From: an uncultured Gemmatimonadales bacterium
GTDB lineage: Bacteria > Gemmatimonadota > Gemmatimonadetes > Gemmatimonadales > Gemmatimonadaceae
NCBI GenBank assembly: GCA_963701965.1
Contig: OY969695.1
Span: 2,368,001 to 2,432,000, forward strand
DNA: 64,000 nt
Direction: 5' to 3'
The position numbers and the translations under genes are program-made. The notes below the pieces were generated by a model. The model saw only the letters and a program-made list of their open reading frames with translations. It did not search any database and had not been told where the DNA came from. Positions 47,963-58,212 of this stretch are shown here, piece after piece; within the stretch, counting starts at the first letter, position 1; every line of letters starts with the position of its first letter.

Positions 47963-50022
47963 ATGACCGCTCGTGCACGCCTTGCCGTCCTCGGCGCGAT
48001 GATGTGCTTCGTCGCGCCGACCCTCAACGCCGACCCGCCATCGCGCGCCGGTCGCCTGGCGCTCATGACCGGCACGGTGTCCATACGCCCCGCCGGCGAT
48101 TCCGAATGGGCCGCGGCCACCCCCAACCGGCCGCTCACCACCGGCGACCGGGTATGGACCGACACCAACTCCCGCGCTGAAATCCAGATCGGGTCGACCG
48201 TGCTCCGACTCTCCAGTCAGACCGAAGTCGACATCCTGAACCTCGACGACCAGACCCTCCAGGTCAGCATCCCCCAAGGGACGGTCACGACACGCGTCCG
48301 GCGGCTCGACAGCGGCCAGGGCGCCGAGCTGGATACCCCCAACTCCGCGGTCGAGGTCGGCGGCGCCGGCGAATATCGCATCGACGTCTCGCCCGACGGC
48401 ACCAAATCCACCATCGAAGTCTGGGGCGGCGGCGTCACCATCACATCCGCCGGCTCCTCGTTCCAGCTCAAAGACAAACAAGTCGCCACGATCAACGGCA
48501 CCGACGCCCCGACGTACGAGGTCACCGACCTCGGCGCCCCTGACGCCTGGGACCAATGGGTCGACGGCCGGGACCACCGCACCGATGCCTCCGCCTCCGC
48601 CCAATACGTGTCCCCCGAAGTCGGCGGCTACGAAGATCTCGATGATTACGGCACGTGGCGCGACGACCCCACGTACGGCGCCGTGTGGGTGCCAACCCGC
48701 GTCGAGCCCACCTGGGTCCCCTATCACTACGGACACTGGGTCTGGACCGGCCCGTGGGGATGGACCTGGGTCGATGACGCACCCTGGGGATGGGCCCCGT
48801 TCCACTACGGCCGCTGGGCCTATATCGACGACCGGTGGGCGTGGTGCCCCGGACGCGTCTACGCGCGCCCCGTCTATGCCCCCGCGCTCGTCGCGTTCGT
48901 CGGCGGCTCCCGGTGGAACGTGTCCGGGTCGTTCGGCGCCGGCGGCGGCGTCGGCTGGTTCCCGCTCGCGCCCGAAGAAGTGTGGTACCCACCATACCAC
49001 GTCACGAACGTCTACGTCCGCAACGTCAACTACACCAACGTCACGAACGTCACCAACATCACGTACGTGACGAACGTCACCAACGTCAACTATCGCAATC
49101 GCGCGGTCCCGGGCGCGTTCGTGGCCGTCCCGCGCAATGCGTTCCAGAACGGGGCACCGGTCTACCGCTCCGCCGTTCGCGTCCCGGCCGCCGACATCGC
49201 GCGCGCGCCGTATGTGGGCGCCGCCCCCATCGTCCCCAACCGGCGCAGCCTGGTGCCGGTCGTCTCGCAACACCGCCCGCCCGCGACCATCGTCAACCGG
49301 CCCGTGATGGCCCGCCGCTCGCCGCCCGCGAGCGTACCCTTCGACGCGCAACAGAAGGCGCTGGCCGCGCACCCCGGCCGGCCCGTCAGCTCCACGCAGC
49401 TCCAGACCCTGCGGCGCGCCGCGCCCCCCCCACGGTCGCCGTGCGCCCCGCCGCCACACCGCCCCGACCCGGCGTGACGTTGCAGCCCGCGCGGCCCAAC
49501 GCGCCCGCGACGCCCGATGCGCCACAACCTCGGCCCGTAGCCCGTCCCGGATTCGGCCCGCCGCCCCGCGTGGTGACCGCGACCCCCGTCACACCGCGGC
49601 CGATGCCGACCGCGACTGGACCCGCTCCCTCGCCGCCGAGCGCGCCGAGCGCGCCGGGTGCGCCGGGTGCGACGGGTGCCCCGCGTGCACCCGCGGCGCC
49701 GGCACGCCCGACCACGCCGCAGCCCCCACCGCGTCCCACGATCACATCGGCCCCGTCACCGCGCTCCACGCTCGCCCGCTCGTACAACACCCAGCGGAAC
49801 CAGATGGAGCAGCGGCATATGCAGCAGGAAGTGTCGCCGCCCGCCGGTGCCGCGCCCGAGGACGTGGCCAAACAACAGGCCGTCGAACACCGCGCGCTGG
49901 ATGACCGCTATGTCCAAGCGCGCGCCGCCGGCGCACGCACGATGCCGCCCGCGCCCAAAGCATCAGCGCCGCCCCCTCCGCCGCGCCCCAGCGCGCCGCC
50001 CCCGTCGCGCAAACCTCACTGA
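47963..50022 (+). CDS. Secreted FecR-like/DUF6600 protein with Pro-rich tail; frameshift in a C8 run at 49424-49431
   Basis: DPPSRAGRL, GYEDLDDYGTW, WVPYHYGHWVW, DDAPWGWAPFHYGRW and GWFPLAP motifs; the Pro-rich tail continues in the 48790-50022 frame. Confidence 0.85.
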
Positions 50023-50045
50023 CGACCCGCCACCCGGAGGTCAGC

Positions 50046-50615
50046 ATGTTTCCGCTCGTCTCCACCCTCGCGCGCTCCCTGATCTGGCGCGGCGCACTGG
50101 GCGTCCTGATCGGCGTCCTCGCCCTCTGGTTCCCGCTCTCCGCCATCGGCGGCATCGTCCTCCTGTTCGCGATCTACGCCCTGGCCGACGCCGGCATGGC
50201 GCTGGCCCACGCGTTCACCGGTGACACGGGAACCAGCCGCTGGCCGTACGTGTTGGAGGCGATAACGGGCGTCGCCCTCGGCATCATTGCCTTGCTGCGT
50301 CCGGGCGCAGCGACCGCGCTGCTCCTGACACTGCTCGCCGTGTGGTCGCTCGTCATCGGCGTCTTCCGCCTCATGGCCGCCGTCCGCCTGCGCAAGGTCA
50401 TAACCGGTGAATGGCTCCTGGTCTTGAGCGGCGTGCTGGCGATCATCGTCGGACTATGGCTACTCGCCGCACCGACGGTCGTGGGCGCGTACGCCGTCGG
50501 CACGGTGATTGGCGCCTACGCGCTCGTATTCGGCGGCCTCGCGCTGATGCAAGGCCTGCGATTGCAGATGGCCGTCCGGCGCCATAAAGGAAACGCATCC
50601 GCGACCAACGCCTAA
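50046..50615 (+). CDS. HdeD/DUF308 family membrane protein
   Basis: LIWRG, FAIYALADAG, LRKVITGEWLLVLSG and IGAYALVFG motifs. Confidence 0.9.
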   Translation: MFPLVSTLARSLIWRGALGVLIGVLALWFPLSAIGGIVLLFAIYALADAGMALAHAFTGDTGTSRWPYVLEAITGVALGIIALLRPGAATALLLTLLAVWSLVIGVFRLMAAVRLRKVITGEWLLVLSGVLAIIVGLWLLAAPTVVGAYAVGTVIGAYALVFGGLALMQGLRLQMAVRRHKGNASATNA

Positions 50616-50638
50616 GCTGGGCCCCACGTAGTACGCGC

Positions 50639-51982
50639 ATGAAGCTCTGGTCTATTTTTGCGCTGTCCCTCGCTGCCGCGACCCCAGCGCTCGCGCAGAA
50701 CGTCACCGCGCGCGCCATGCAGGATACGATCCCGCCGGACACGACGTTCAACTATGCGGCGATCATGACGATCAATCAGGTCGTCGATTCGTCGATCAAA
50801 TACAGCCCCCTGGTGGAGCAAGCCCGGGGCAACGTGCGCACGGGCTTGTCCCAACAGCGGGTCGCGTACGGCGCGTTCTTGCCGAGCGTGACGTTCAACG
50901 CCAACGCGCTGCAGACGAGCAACAAGAATGCGCCGGGAATCATTCCGGGCGCGCCCGCCCTCCAGTACGCGCCCAACAACTACGTGGCGGGGTTCTCGGC
51001 GGCCTACGACGTATTCACGGGCGGCCGCCGGCCGTCCGAGATCGCCGCCGCCAAAGCCACGACCCACGCCGCCGACGCCGCGCTCGTGGAGCAAAAGTAC
51101 GGGCTCGTCCTGACGGCCAAGACGTCGGCCTATGGCGTCTTGCGGGCGCACGACCTCGTGAACGTGTCGGTGACGCGGATCCAAACCGCCACCCGCGCCC
51201 TCGAATATGCCAGCGCGCAGCTGCGGGCGGGCACCGCCACGCGGGCCGATGTGCTGCAGGCGCAGTTCGCCGTGGAGACGGCGCGCCAACAGCTGATCGC
51301 GTCCCAGGACACGCTGGTCAACTACGCCTATGGCCTGGGTCGCCTGGTCGGTGTGGACGGCGCGGTCGGCATCACCGGTATCGACTCGACGCTGAACTAT
51401 CAACTGGCGCTGTCGGATTCGGCGATCATCTCGCTCGCGGTCAACGGCTCGCCGACCGTCGTCGCCGCCGATCAGACCGCGCGCGCCAACAACGCGCTGC
51501 TCAACGCTGCGCGCACCGAGTACGTGCCGACGATCACGCTCTCCGGCGAGTACAACTGGGCCAATAATTCGCTGACGATCGGCAGCGTGCGCCAGGGCTG
51601 GCTGGTGGAGCTGGGCACGGCCTTCCCGCTGTTCAACGGATTTCTCCGCGAAGACGACGTGACGCGGGCCCAAGTGGGCCGGGACGTCTCCCGGTCGCAG
51701 GCGTCCGATACGCATCGCTTTGCCCGGTCGCAGGCCGAGGTGCTGCTGGCCAATCTCCGACTGGCGCAGCAGAGCATCGACGCCGCCAACAACGAAGTCG
51801 ATGCCGCCGCCGAGAACCTCCGGGTCATGTTCTCACGGTACCGGAACGGCGTCGCGACGTTCCTGGACCTCACTACGGCCCAGCTCAACGACGCCCAGGC
51901 CCGCACGGATCTCGTGACCGCGCGCTACAACTACTTCACGACCCGCGTGTCCTTGGAAGCGCTGCTCGGCCGCTCGTTGTAA
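50639..51982 (+). CDS. TolC family outer membrane efflux protein
   Basis: Signal peptide and two OEP repeats (FLPSV, GTATRADVLQA; PLFNG, YRNGVATFLDL). Confidence 0.92.
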   Translation: MKLWSIFALSLAAATPALAQNVTARAMQDTIPPDTTFNYAAIMTINQVVDSSIKYSPLVEQARGNVRTGLSQQRVAYGAFLPSVTFNANALQTSNKNAPGIIPGAPALQYAPNNYVAGFSAAYDVFTGGRRPSEIAAAKATTHAADAALVEQKYGLVLTAKTSAYGVLRAHDLVNVSVTRIQTATRALEYASAQLRAGTATRADVLQAQFAVETARQQLIASQDTLVNYAYGLGRLVGVDGAVGITGIDSTLNYQLALSDSAIISLAVNGSPTVVAADQTARANNALLNAARTEYVPTITLSGEYNWANNSLTIGSVRQGWLVELGTAFPLFNGFLREDDVTRAQVGRDVSRSQASDTHRFARSQAEVLLANLRLAQQSIDAANNEVDAAAENLRVMFSRYRNGVATFLDLTTAQLNDAQARTDLVTARYNYFTTRVSLEALLGRSL

Positions 51983-51994
51983 GCGCCGCCCGCG

Positions 51995-54298
51995 CTAGTC
52001 TGCCTCGCCCACGACCGGCACCACGTGCGGCAACTCGGCCGCACCGAGAGGACGCCGCCACCCATCACCAGGCCACCAATTCCAGCGCCCGGCCAAGCGC
52101 AACACGGCCGGGCCAATCGCCAGACGCACGATCGTGGCGTCGATCAGTACCGCGACCGCCAGCGCGAAACCCAGCACCTTGATGAGCAGGAAGTCGCCGA
52201 GCGTGAACGATGCGAAGACGACGATCATGACGGCCGCGGCGCTGGTAATGACCCCGGCGGTGCGCGCGACGCCCTCGGCGAGCGCGTCCTCGACGTCCAC
52301 GCCGGAACGGTTGGACTCGGCCACGCGCGCGACGAGGAACACCTCGTAGTCCATGCTCAGACCGAACACCAGGCAGAACACGATGACCGGGACGGCGGGG
52401 AACAGCGCATCGACCGGAGCGGCCAGCCCCACCAGCGACGCCAGATGCCCGTCCTGGAACACCAACACCGTGGCGCCAAACGCGGCGCCCACGGACACCA
52501 GATTGAGCGCGATCGCTTTGATCGGAATCAGCACCGACCGAAACCCAATGAGCAGCGCCACGAACGTCCCGCCAACGACGAGCAACACGACGGACTTCAT
52601 GTGACCGGCGATGGCGTCCTGGTAGTCGGTGTTCTGCGCGGGGAGTCCGCCGACGCGGATGGACGCGCCCGCGAGTCCCGTCAGCTGCGCCGGATCGGTC
52701 GCCCGCAGCTCATGAATGAATTCGGTCAACTGGGCCGGCGTCGCCGACTCTTTCGGGATGATCTCGATCGCCGCCGCCCGGTGGTCGCGACTCACGAAGG
52801 AGTGAATGAGATCGACCGGCACCAGACCCAACAACGTGGGGCTCGGATGCTCGGCGTGCAGGATCGTGGGCAGCGAACGAGTACGCGCGACCTCGGGGCG
52901 TTTCTCGATGGCCAACGTGAGCCGCCGCGTCGCCTGCCAACCGGCCTCGGTCAGCGGGCCGGAGCCCAATGGCAGCTCCAGCAGCACGTGCGTGTGCTCG
53001 ACAATGCCCATCTTCCCCATATCGCGCATGGCGCGGATCGCCCACGCCGATTCCATCGACTGCGGCAGCCATTCCTCACCGGTCGGCAGTTGGTCGCGCA
53101 ACCGCCGGCTCTGTCCCACCAGCATGGTCAGGGGGATGCCGCAGACGATCAATACCCGCAGCGGATGCGAAGCGACCCACGCGCCCCAGCGACGCCAGCG
53201 ATCCGCGCGCTGATCCGCGTTCCGCATGTGTAGCAAGCTGAAGCGATTGACCCAGGGACCGAGCCAGGCCAACAAGCCCGGCAGTAGCGTCGTCGCCAAG
53301 AGCGCCGAGAAGATAACAGTCAGGAGCCCGCCGATCCCAATCGACCGGAGGTCGCCGATCGGGATCATGATCAGCGCCACGAAGCCTATGGCGACCGCCG
53401 CCCCCGAGATGACGATCGTATGCCCGGCGTGCTGCACCGCATCGATCGCTGCCTCGTCCGCGGTGCGCCCCGCCGCCAGCGCCTCCCGAAACCGGCTGAC
53501 CGTCAACAACGCGTAGTCGACCCCGATACCCAACCCCAGCATCGTGATCACGTTTTGCGACAACACCGACAGCGGCCAGATGAGGCTCACCAGCGCTGAG
53601 GCGCCCAGGCTCAGCCCGATGGCGAGCGCCCCGGCGACCGCCGGGAGCAGCGCGGCGACCAGGGAGCCGAACACGACGACGAGCAGCACGATCGTGATCG
53701 GCAGTACGCGCCGCTCGGCGGTCCGGGCATCGGCGGCGCTCGCCGCCCGCACGTCATAGTTGAACGGCGCGTCGCCCGTCCAACCCATGGCGATCCCCGG
53801 AAACTGCCCGGCGAGCGACTGCTGCAACGCCGTGCTGGCGCGCCGCATCGCGGGGATGTAGTCCTGCGCCGGGTTCCCCACCTTGTCGAGCCCCACGACG
53901 ACGAACGTGCCGCGCGGCGACAGAAACGCCGAGTCCGGGGTGGAGGCGTAGGAGAGGACGCGGCGGACGCCGGGCAGCGTGTCGAGGACACTCACGATAC
54001 GGCGGAGCGCCACCTTTCCTTCGGGCGTCGCCGGCGACGCGATGCGCGAGATCACGAGGACCGCGAACGACGCGTACGGCGCGTCGAATCGGCTCGACAA
54101 AATGCGCTCGACGACGCCGGCCTCGCGGTCGTTCGCCCGCGACGCACTTCCGTTCATCCGATCGCCGGCGGTCCGCGCCCAGGGGATCAAGAGAGCGGCA
54201 GCGAGGACCCAGAGGGCGGCGATCACGCCGCGATGGCGTACGATCGCACGCGGAAGCATATGGCTTTTCAAGTTAGACCCCGCGGCCAACCGACTCAA
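51995..54298 (-). CDS. MMPL family (RND superfamily) transporter
   Basis: GLGIGVDYALLTVSRFREAL, FGLSMDYEVFL and GVITSAAAVM motifs. TTG start overlaps the GT9 stop; alternative ATG at 54259. Confidence 0.93.
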   Translation of the reverse strand: MSRLAAGSNLKSHMLPRAIVRHRGVIAALWVLAAALLIPWARTAGDRMNGSASRANDREAGVVERILSSRFDAPYASFAVLVISRIASPATPEGKVALRRIVSVLDTLPGVRRVLSYASTPDSAFLSPRGTFVVVGLDKVGNPAQDYIPAMRRASTALQQSLAGQFPGIAMGWTGDAPFNYDVRAASAADARTAERRVLPITIVLLVVVFGSLVAALLPAVAGALAIGLSLGASALVSLIWPLSVLSQNVITMLGLGIGVDYALLTVSRFREALAAGRTADEAAIDAVQHAGHTIVISGAAVAIGFVALIMIPIGDLRSIGIGGLLTVIFSALLATTLLPGLLAWLGPWVNRFSLLHMRNADQRADRWRRWGAWVASHPLRVLIVCGIPLTMLVGQSRRLRDQLPTGEEWLPQSMESAWAIRAMRDMGKMGIVEHTHVLLELPLGSGPLTEAGWQATRRLTLAIEKRPEVARTRSLPTILHAEHPSPTLLGLVPVDLIHSFVSRDHRAAAIEIIPKESATPAQLTEFIHELRATDPAQLTGLAGASIRVGGLPAQNTDYQDAIAGHMKSVVLLVVGGTFVALLIGFRSVLIPIKAIALNLVSVGAAFGATVLVFQDGHLASLVGLAAPVDALFPAVPVIVFCLVFGLSMDYEVFLVARVAESNRSGVDVEDALAEGVARTAGVITSAAAVMIVVFASFTLGDFLLIKVLGFALAVAVLIDATIVRLAIGPAVLRLAGRWNWWPGDGWRRPLGAAELPHVVPVVGEAD

Positions 54299-55344
54299 GC
54301 GCCGGGGCCGAGCATACGCGCGAGCGCCTCACGCACGGGTTCCACGGGGAGCGACGCGAGCTCGCCGGTCGGCGCCGACAACTCGTGTCCGGCCGTGCCA
54401 TACAGTCCCCAGACGTGCGCGCGATTGCGGATGAAGAGCACGACGGCGGGTTTGCCGAACGCGCTCGCCGCGTGGGCGATGGCGGTGTCGGGCGTGAAGA
54501 CGTAGTCCGCCGTCGCCACCAGCGCCAAGGCGTCCCTGACCGCACCCGTTGCCTCGAACACGACGCCGGTTGCCGCGGCGAGGCGCCGGGCCACATCGGC
54601 ATCACTCGGCGCCGCGATCAGCGCGATATCGAGATCGCTCCGCGCACGGAGCAGAGTCAGAATTTCGGCGAAACGAGCCTCCGGCCAGCGGCGCGCGGGC
54701 CGGCTCGCCGAGATGTTCACCAAGAGCCTGCGGGTCACGCCGCGCGGGCGCCAGCGCGCCTCGGCGCGTGCACGCTCGGCGGGAGTCAAAAAGAGCTCGG
54801 GTCGCCAGTCGGTCTTGGCGTGATCCACGCCGAACGGAATGGCCAGGGCACCGAGGTGCTCGACGTAGTGCCCGGCCGCGACCGGCCGCGGCACGGGGTC
54901 GGTCAGCGCGTCATCGATCCCCCGTCCCGCGAGACCCACCCGATGCCGCGCGCGACTGGCCAACATCATCGCCAGCGTCGTGGTCGACGGCGAGAAAACC
55001 TGACAGTCCAGTATGGCGTCGTATGGCGTGCGCCGGATCCGCCGGAACGCGCTCAGGTACGTCAGGGGCCGGCGACGGTCAGCGACGATGACGGACGAGA
55101 CGTAGGGGTTGCCGGCGAGGACCGGCGCGTTCTCCGGCGAGGCCAGCACGTCGACCACCATGCCGGACCGCGACCGCGCCAAAGCACGGATGAGACCGGT
55201 AGATAAAATCATGTCTCCGATCCGGTCATAGCGGAGATACAGCACGCGCAGAGGCCCCGGCCCGAAACCAGAGGGTCGAGGCCAGCTCGCCCCCCAGCGC
55301 TCCAACACGCCCCGTATGCCCGCCTCCAATCGCCTCACGCGCAT
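54295..55344 (-). CDS. Glycosyltransferase family 9 (heptosyltransferase-like)
   Basis: RYDRIGDMIL, RRWPEARF and TPDTAIAHAASAFGKP motifs. Confidence 0.92.
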   Translation of the reverse strand: MRVRRLEAGIRGVLERWGASWPRPSGFGPGPLRVLYLRYDRIGDMILSTGLIRALARSRSGMVVDVLASPENAPVLAGNPYVSSVIVADRRRPLTYLSAFRRIRRTPYDAILDCQVFSPSTTTLAMMLASRARHRVGLAGRGIDDALTDPVPRPVAAGHYVEHLGALAIPFGVDHAKTDWRPELFLTPAERARAEARWRPRGVTRRLLVNISASRPARRWPEARFAEILTLLRARSDLDIALIAAPSDADVARRLAAATGVVFEATGAVRDALALVATADYVFTPDTAIAHAASAFGKPAVVLFIRNRAHVWGLYGTAGHELSAPTGELASLPVEPVREALARMLGPGA

Positions 55345-55415
55345 AGACACCCTGCCATTCTGGCGCGCATTACGACACGCTTGCGGTTCGTACTCGGAGT
55401 GGGCTTCTTACATCC

Positions 55416-55733
55416 ATGCTGACGGAGACTGTGACCTACGGTGTGCTCGAGCCGAGCCCACGACTCTCGCGAGCGCGCGAGGCGGTGATGCGCGCGTTGG
55501 ACGCTTTTTCGGGGACGTGTGATGCGAACCGGGCGGAGCGCGGCGCGCGGTTGGCCGCAGCGCGCGAGGCGGTCGTGGCGTATACCCGGTGGATGCGAGA
55601 GCAAGGCGTGCCGTCGTCGACCGTCATCGCCCATGTCAAAGCGCTCGTGCGCGGTGCACCGAGCCGCGGCGTGCAGGTGCTGCGTGACGTACTCCCGCAG
55701 TGGACCATTTCCGCGTACTACCAGGCGGATTGA
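55416..55733 (+). CDS. Hypothetical protein
   Basis: AVVAYTRWMREQGVP...VIAHVK...WTISAYY helical pattern; protein-like composition. Confidence 0.7.
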   Translation: MLTETVTYGVLEPSPRLSRAREAVMRALDAFSGTCDANRAERGARLAAAREAVVAYTRWMREQGVPSSTVIAHVKALVRGAPSRGVQVLRDVLPQWTISAYYQAD

Positions 55734-55936
55734 AAGACCCCAAGCCTGTCCCCCGGCGTCCCCGGGACCCGAACGCGACGCAGGACACCGAGCGGCTGCG
55801 GTTCGTGGCGCGGAACCACGGGATTTCGCTCGACCGGTTGCGCTCGGATATCGACAAGGCCATGAAAGTACAACGGCGCACCCGTGAGGTGCGCCTGCCA
55901 TTACACCCCGACGGCGACCACGGCGGCACCGAGTAG
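55700..55936 (+). CDS. Small hypothetical protein
   Basis: 78 aa with plausible codon usage and short overlaps with both neighbours. Confidence 0.5.
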   Translation: MDHFRVLPGGLKDPKPVPRRPRDPNATQDTERLRFVARNHGISLDRLRSDIDKAMKVQRRTREVRLPLHPDGDHGGTE

Positions 55937-56881
55937 CCCCACGAAGTCGTTCATGATGACGCGGACCGGGACGGACGAGAGGAGGGGGCTCATGCGGCCT
56001 TTGGCCGCGAACGATCGGAGGAAGTCCCCGGACCGGAGCAGCGGCACGATGCGCCGCGCAATGCCGCCCGCCAGATAGACGCCGCCGGTCGACAGCGTCA
56101 TGAGCGCGACGTTACCGGCCTGCGACCCATAGATCGACGCGAAGATGTCGACGGCGGTCATGCACGCCTGGTCGGTGCCCGCGATCGCCTGGTTCGTGAT
56201 GACCGCCGCGGGCGTCTCGCGCTCCATAGCGGCCGTCACGGCCGGTTGCGCGGGCGCGAGGCCGCACTCGACCACGTAGTGATACGTCGAGACGAGCCCG
56301 GCGCCCGACAGCACCCGCTCGTACGAGACGTGACCGCCGTACCGGGCGACGAGGTATTTGGCGAGGCCCCACTCCACATCGGTGCGCGCGGCCAGCGTCG
56401 CGTGGCCTCCCTCGGACGGGACGATGCGCGTCCGCCCGCCGTCCCGCAGGACGAGGCCTTGGCCGAGACCAGTCCCGGCGCCGAGGACCGCGATGGGCCC
56501 ATCAGGGGCGGGCAGACCGACCTGCAGCGTTTCCACGTCGGTGGCCGCCAGGCGCGTCACGCCATATCCCACCGCGTCGAAATCGTTGATGAGCGTCGTG
56601 CGCGGGACGTCGATCTCTGCCGCCAACGCCCGTCCGTGCACGACCCACGGGAGGTTCGACGTCTTGATGTCGCCATCTACCACCGGCCCGGCGACGGCAA
56701 AACAGGCAGCGGAGAGATCGTCGGTGTACGTCCGCCGGAATTCGGTGACGATCGCGCCGAGGCCGTCGTACTTGGCGCTCGGGTAGATCTGTTCGTGGAC
56801 GCGCGAGAGGCCCTGGCCCTCGAACGCGAACACGGCGAGCCGGGCATTCGTCCCCCCAATGTCGCCGGCCAGCACCTTCAC
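55901..56881 (-). CDS. glk: Glucokinase
   Basis: GDIGGTNARL, AGPV, NLPW, INDF, GAGTGLG, SEGGH, ERVLSG and GGVYLAGGIA motifs. Confidence 0.95.
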   Translation of the reverse strand: MKVLAGDIGGTNARLAVFAFEGQGLSRVHEQIYPSAKYDGLGAIVTEFRRTYTDDLSAACFAVAGPVVDGDIKTSNLPWVVHGRALAAEIDVPRTTLINDFDAVGYGVTRLAATDVETLQVGLPAPDGPIAVLGAGTGLGQGLVLRDGGRTRIVPSEGGHATLAARTDVEWGLAKYLVARYGGHVSYERVLSGAGLVSTYHYVVECGLAPAQPAVTAAMERETPAAVITNQAIAGTDQACMTAVDIFASIYGSQAGNVALMTLSTGGVYLAGGIARRIVPLLRSGDFLRSFAAKGRMSPLLSSVPVRVIMNDFVGLLGAAVVAVGV

Positions 56882-58212
56882 TGCTGCGGCGAGCCCGGGA
56901 ATCCCTCGATGACTTGCGGCGGCGGCCGGAACTTGGACACGACGGGCTTGCTCACCGGTTTGTCCCCCGATGGTGGGCCCTCCTGGTCGAGCACTTTGGC
57001 GTGCACGTGTTGGCCATCGCGCAGGTTGTCGGACGGTTGGTTGATCACCAGATCCCCCTCGTTGAGGCCGTCGACGACCTCCATGACCGTTCCATAATCG
57101 CGACCGATACGGAGCGTGCGAAAGTGGGCGGCCGAGTCGTTACCGATGATCGCGACCTGGGCTCCCGCCGTCCGGAAGATCAAGGCCGTACTGGGCATGA
57201 GGATCGGCGGCGTGGCCCGGACGAAACTGAAGTGGACCTGGACGTACATGCCCGGCAGCAGGGACCGGTGCACGTTCGGCACGTCGACCTCGGTCAGGAG
57301 CGTCCGCGACGCCGCGTCGACCGCGTCGGCGCTGCGGACGACCCGCCCGGGGAACGTCTGGCCGGGCAGCTCCGCCGCTTCCAGCGCCGCGGGAACGCCG
57401 GAGCGAACGGCCGGGGCATACGACTGGGGCACGCCGACGTAGACCCGCATCGTATCGACCCGCGCGAGGTGAAACAACTCGCTGGGCATCCCGCCGGACC
57501 CGAGGACGGTATTTCCGCCGACGCCGCCCGCGATCGCCGTGTTCGTGGTGCCGTTCGCCGTAATGAAGGATCCGTCGTCGACGTTGCGTGCCGTGATGAC
57601 GCCGTCGAACGGCGCCGACACGTGTTCGTAGGCGACGAGGGTCTCCATCCGCGACACGTTGTCGTCCGCCGCTTTGGTGTTGGCCACGGCCGCATCGTAC
57701 GCGGTCCGCTTCTGATCGTACTCGTCCGCGGTGACGACGCTGTCCTTGATGAGCTCCGCCCACCGGTCGACCTGCGACTTGGCCAGGGCCAGGGCGGCGC
57801 GGGTGTTGGCCGCGTTGGCTTTGGCTTGACTGAGCTGCTGGTCGAGATCGGGCGCGTCGATGGTGGCCAACAACTGTCCGGCTTTCACCCGTTGCCCGAT
57901 ATCCGCGTACCAGTGGCGGACATACCCGGTGGACCGCGCGAAGATCGCGGCGTCGTGGTACGCCTGCATGGTGCCAGGCAGGAGGAGATCGGAGGCGTTG
58001 GCGGCCCGGGCGACGCGCACCACCGTGACCTGGGGGTCGGTCGTGGCGGCCGCCACCGCGTGCGCCCGGTTCTCGAGGAGGAGCCGTTGCTGCCGGCGGG
58101 GTACGGACCCGACCAGGAGCAGGATCAGCAACGTCGCCATCACGATGATGGTCCCGATGACGATGGACCGCCGCGAGAGCGTCGGTTCCGGCGGCGCGGA
58201 CGTATCAGGCAT
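56878..58212 (-). CDS. RND efflux periplasmic adaptor (MFP) subunit
   Basis: N-terminal TM, ARSTGYV, DIGQRVKAGQLLA, APFDGVIT and LLPGMY motifs. Confidence 0.93.
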   Translation of the reverse strand: MPDTSAPPEPTLSRRSIVIGTIIVMATLLILLLVGSVPRRQQRLLLENRAHAVAAATTDPQVTVVRVARAANASDLLLPGTMQAYHDAAIFARSTGYVRHWYADIGQRVKAGQLLATIDAPDLDQQLSQAKANAANTRAALALAKSQVDRWAELIKDSVVTADEYDQKRTAYDAAVANTKAADDNVSRMETLVAYEHVSAPFDGVITARNVDDGSFITANGTTNTAIAGGVGGNTVLGSGGMPSELFHLARVDTMRVYVGVPQSYAPAVRSGVPAALEAAELPGQTFPGRVVRSADAVDAASRTLLTEVDVPNVHRSLLPGMYVQVHFSFVRATPPILMPSTALIFRTAGAQVAIIGNDSAAHFRTLRIGRDYGTVMEVVDGLNEGDLVINQPSDNLRDGQHVHAKVLDQEGPPSGDKPVSKPVVSKFRPPPQVIEGFPGSPQQ

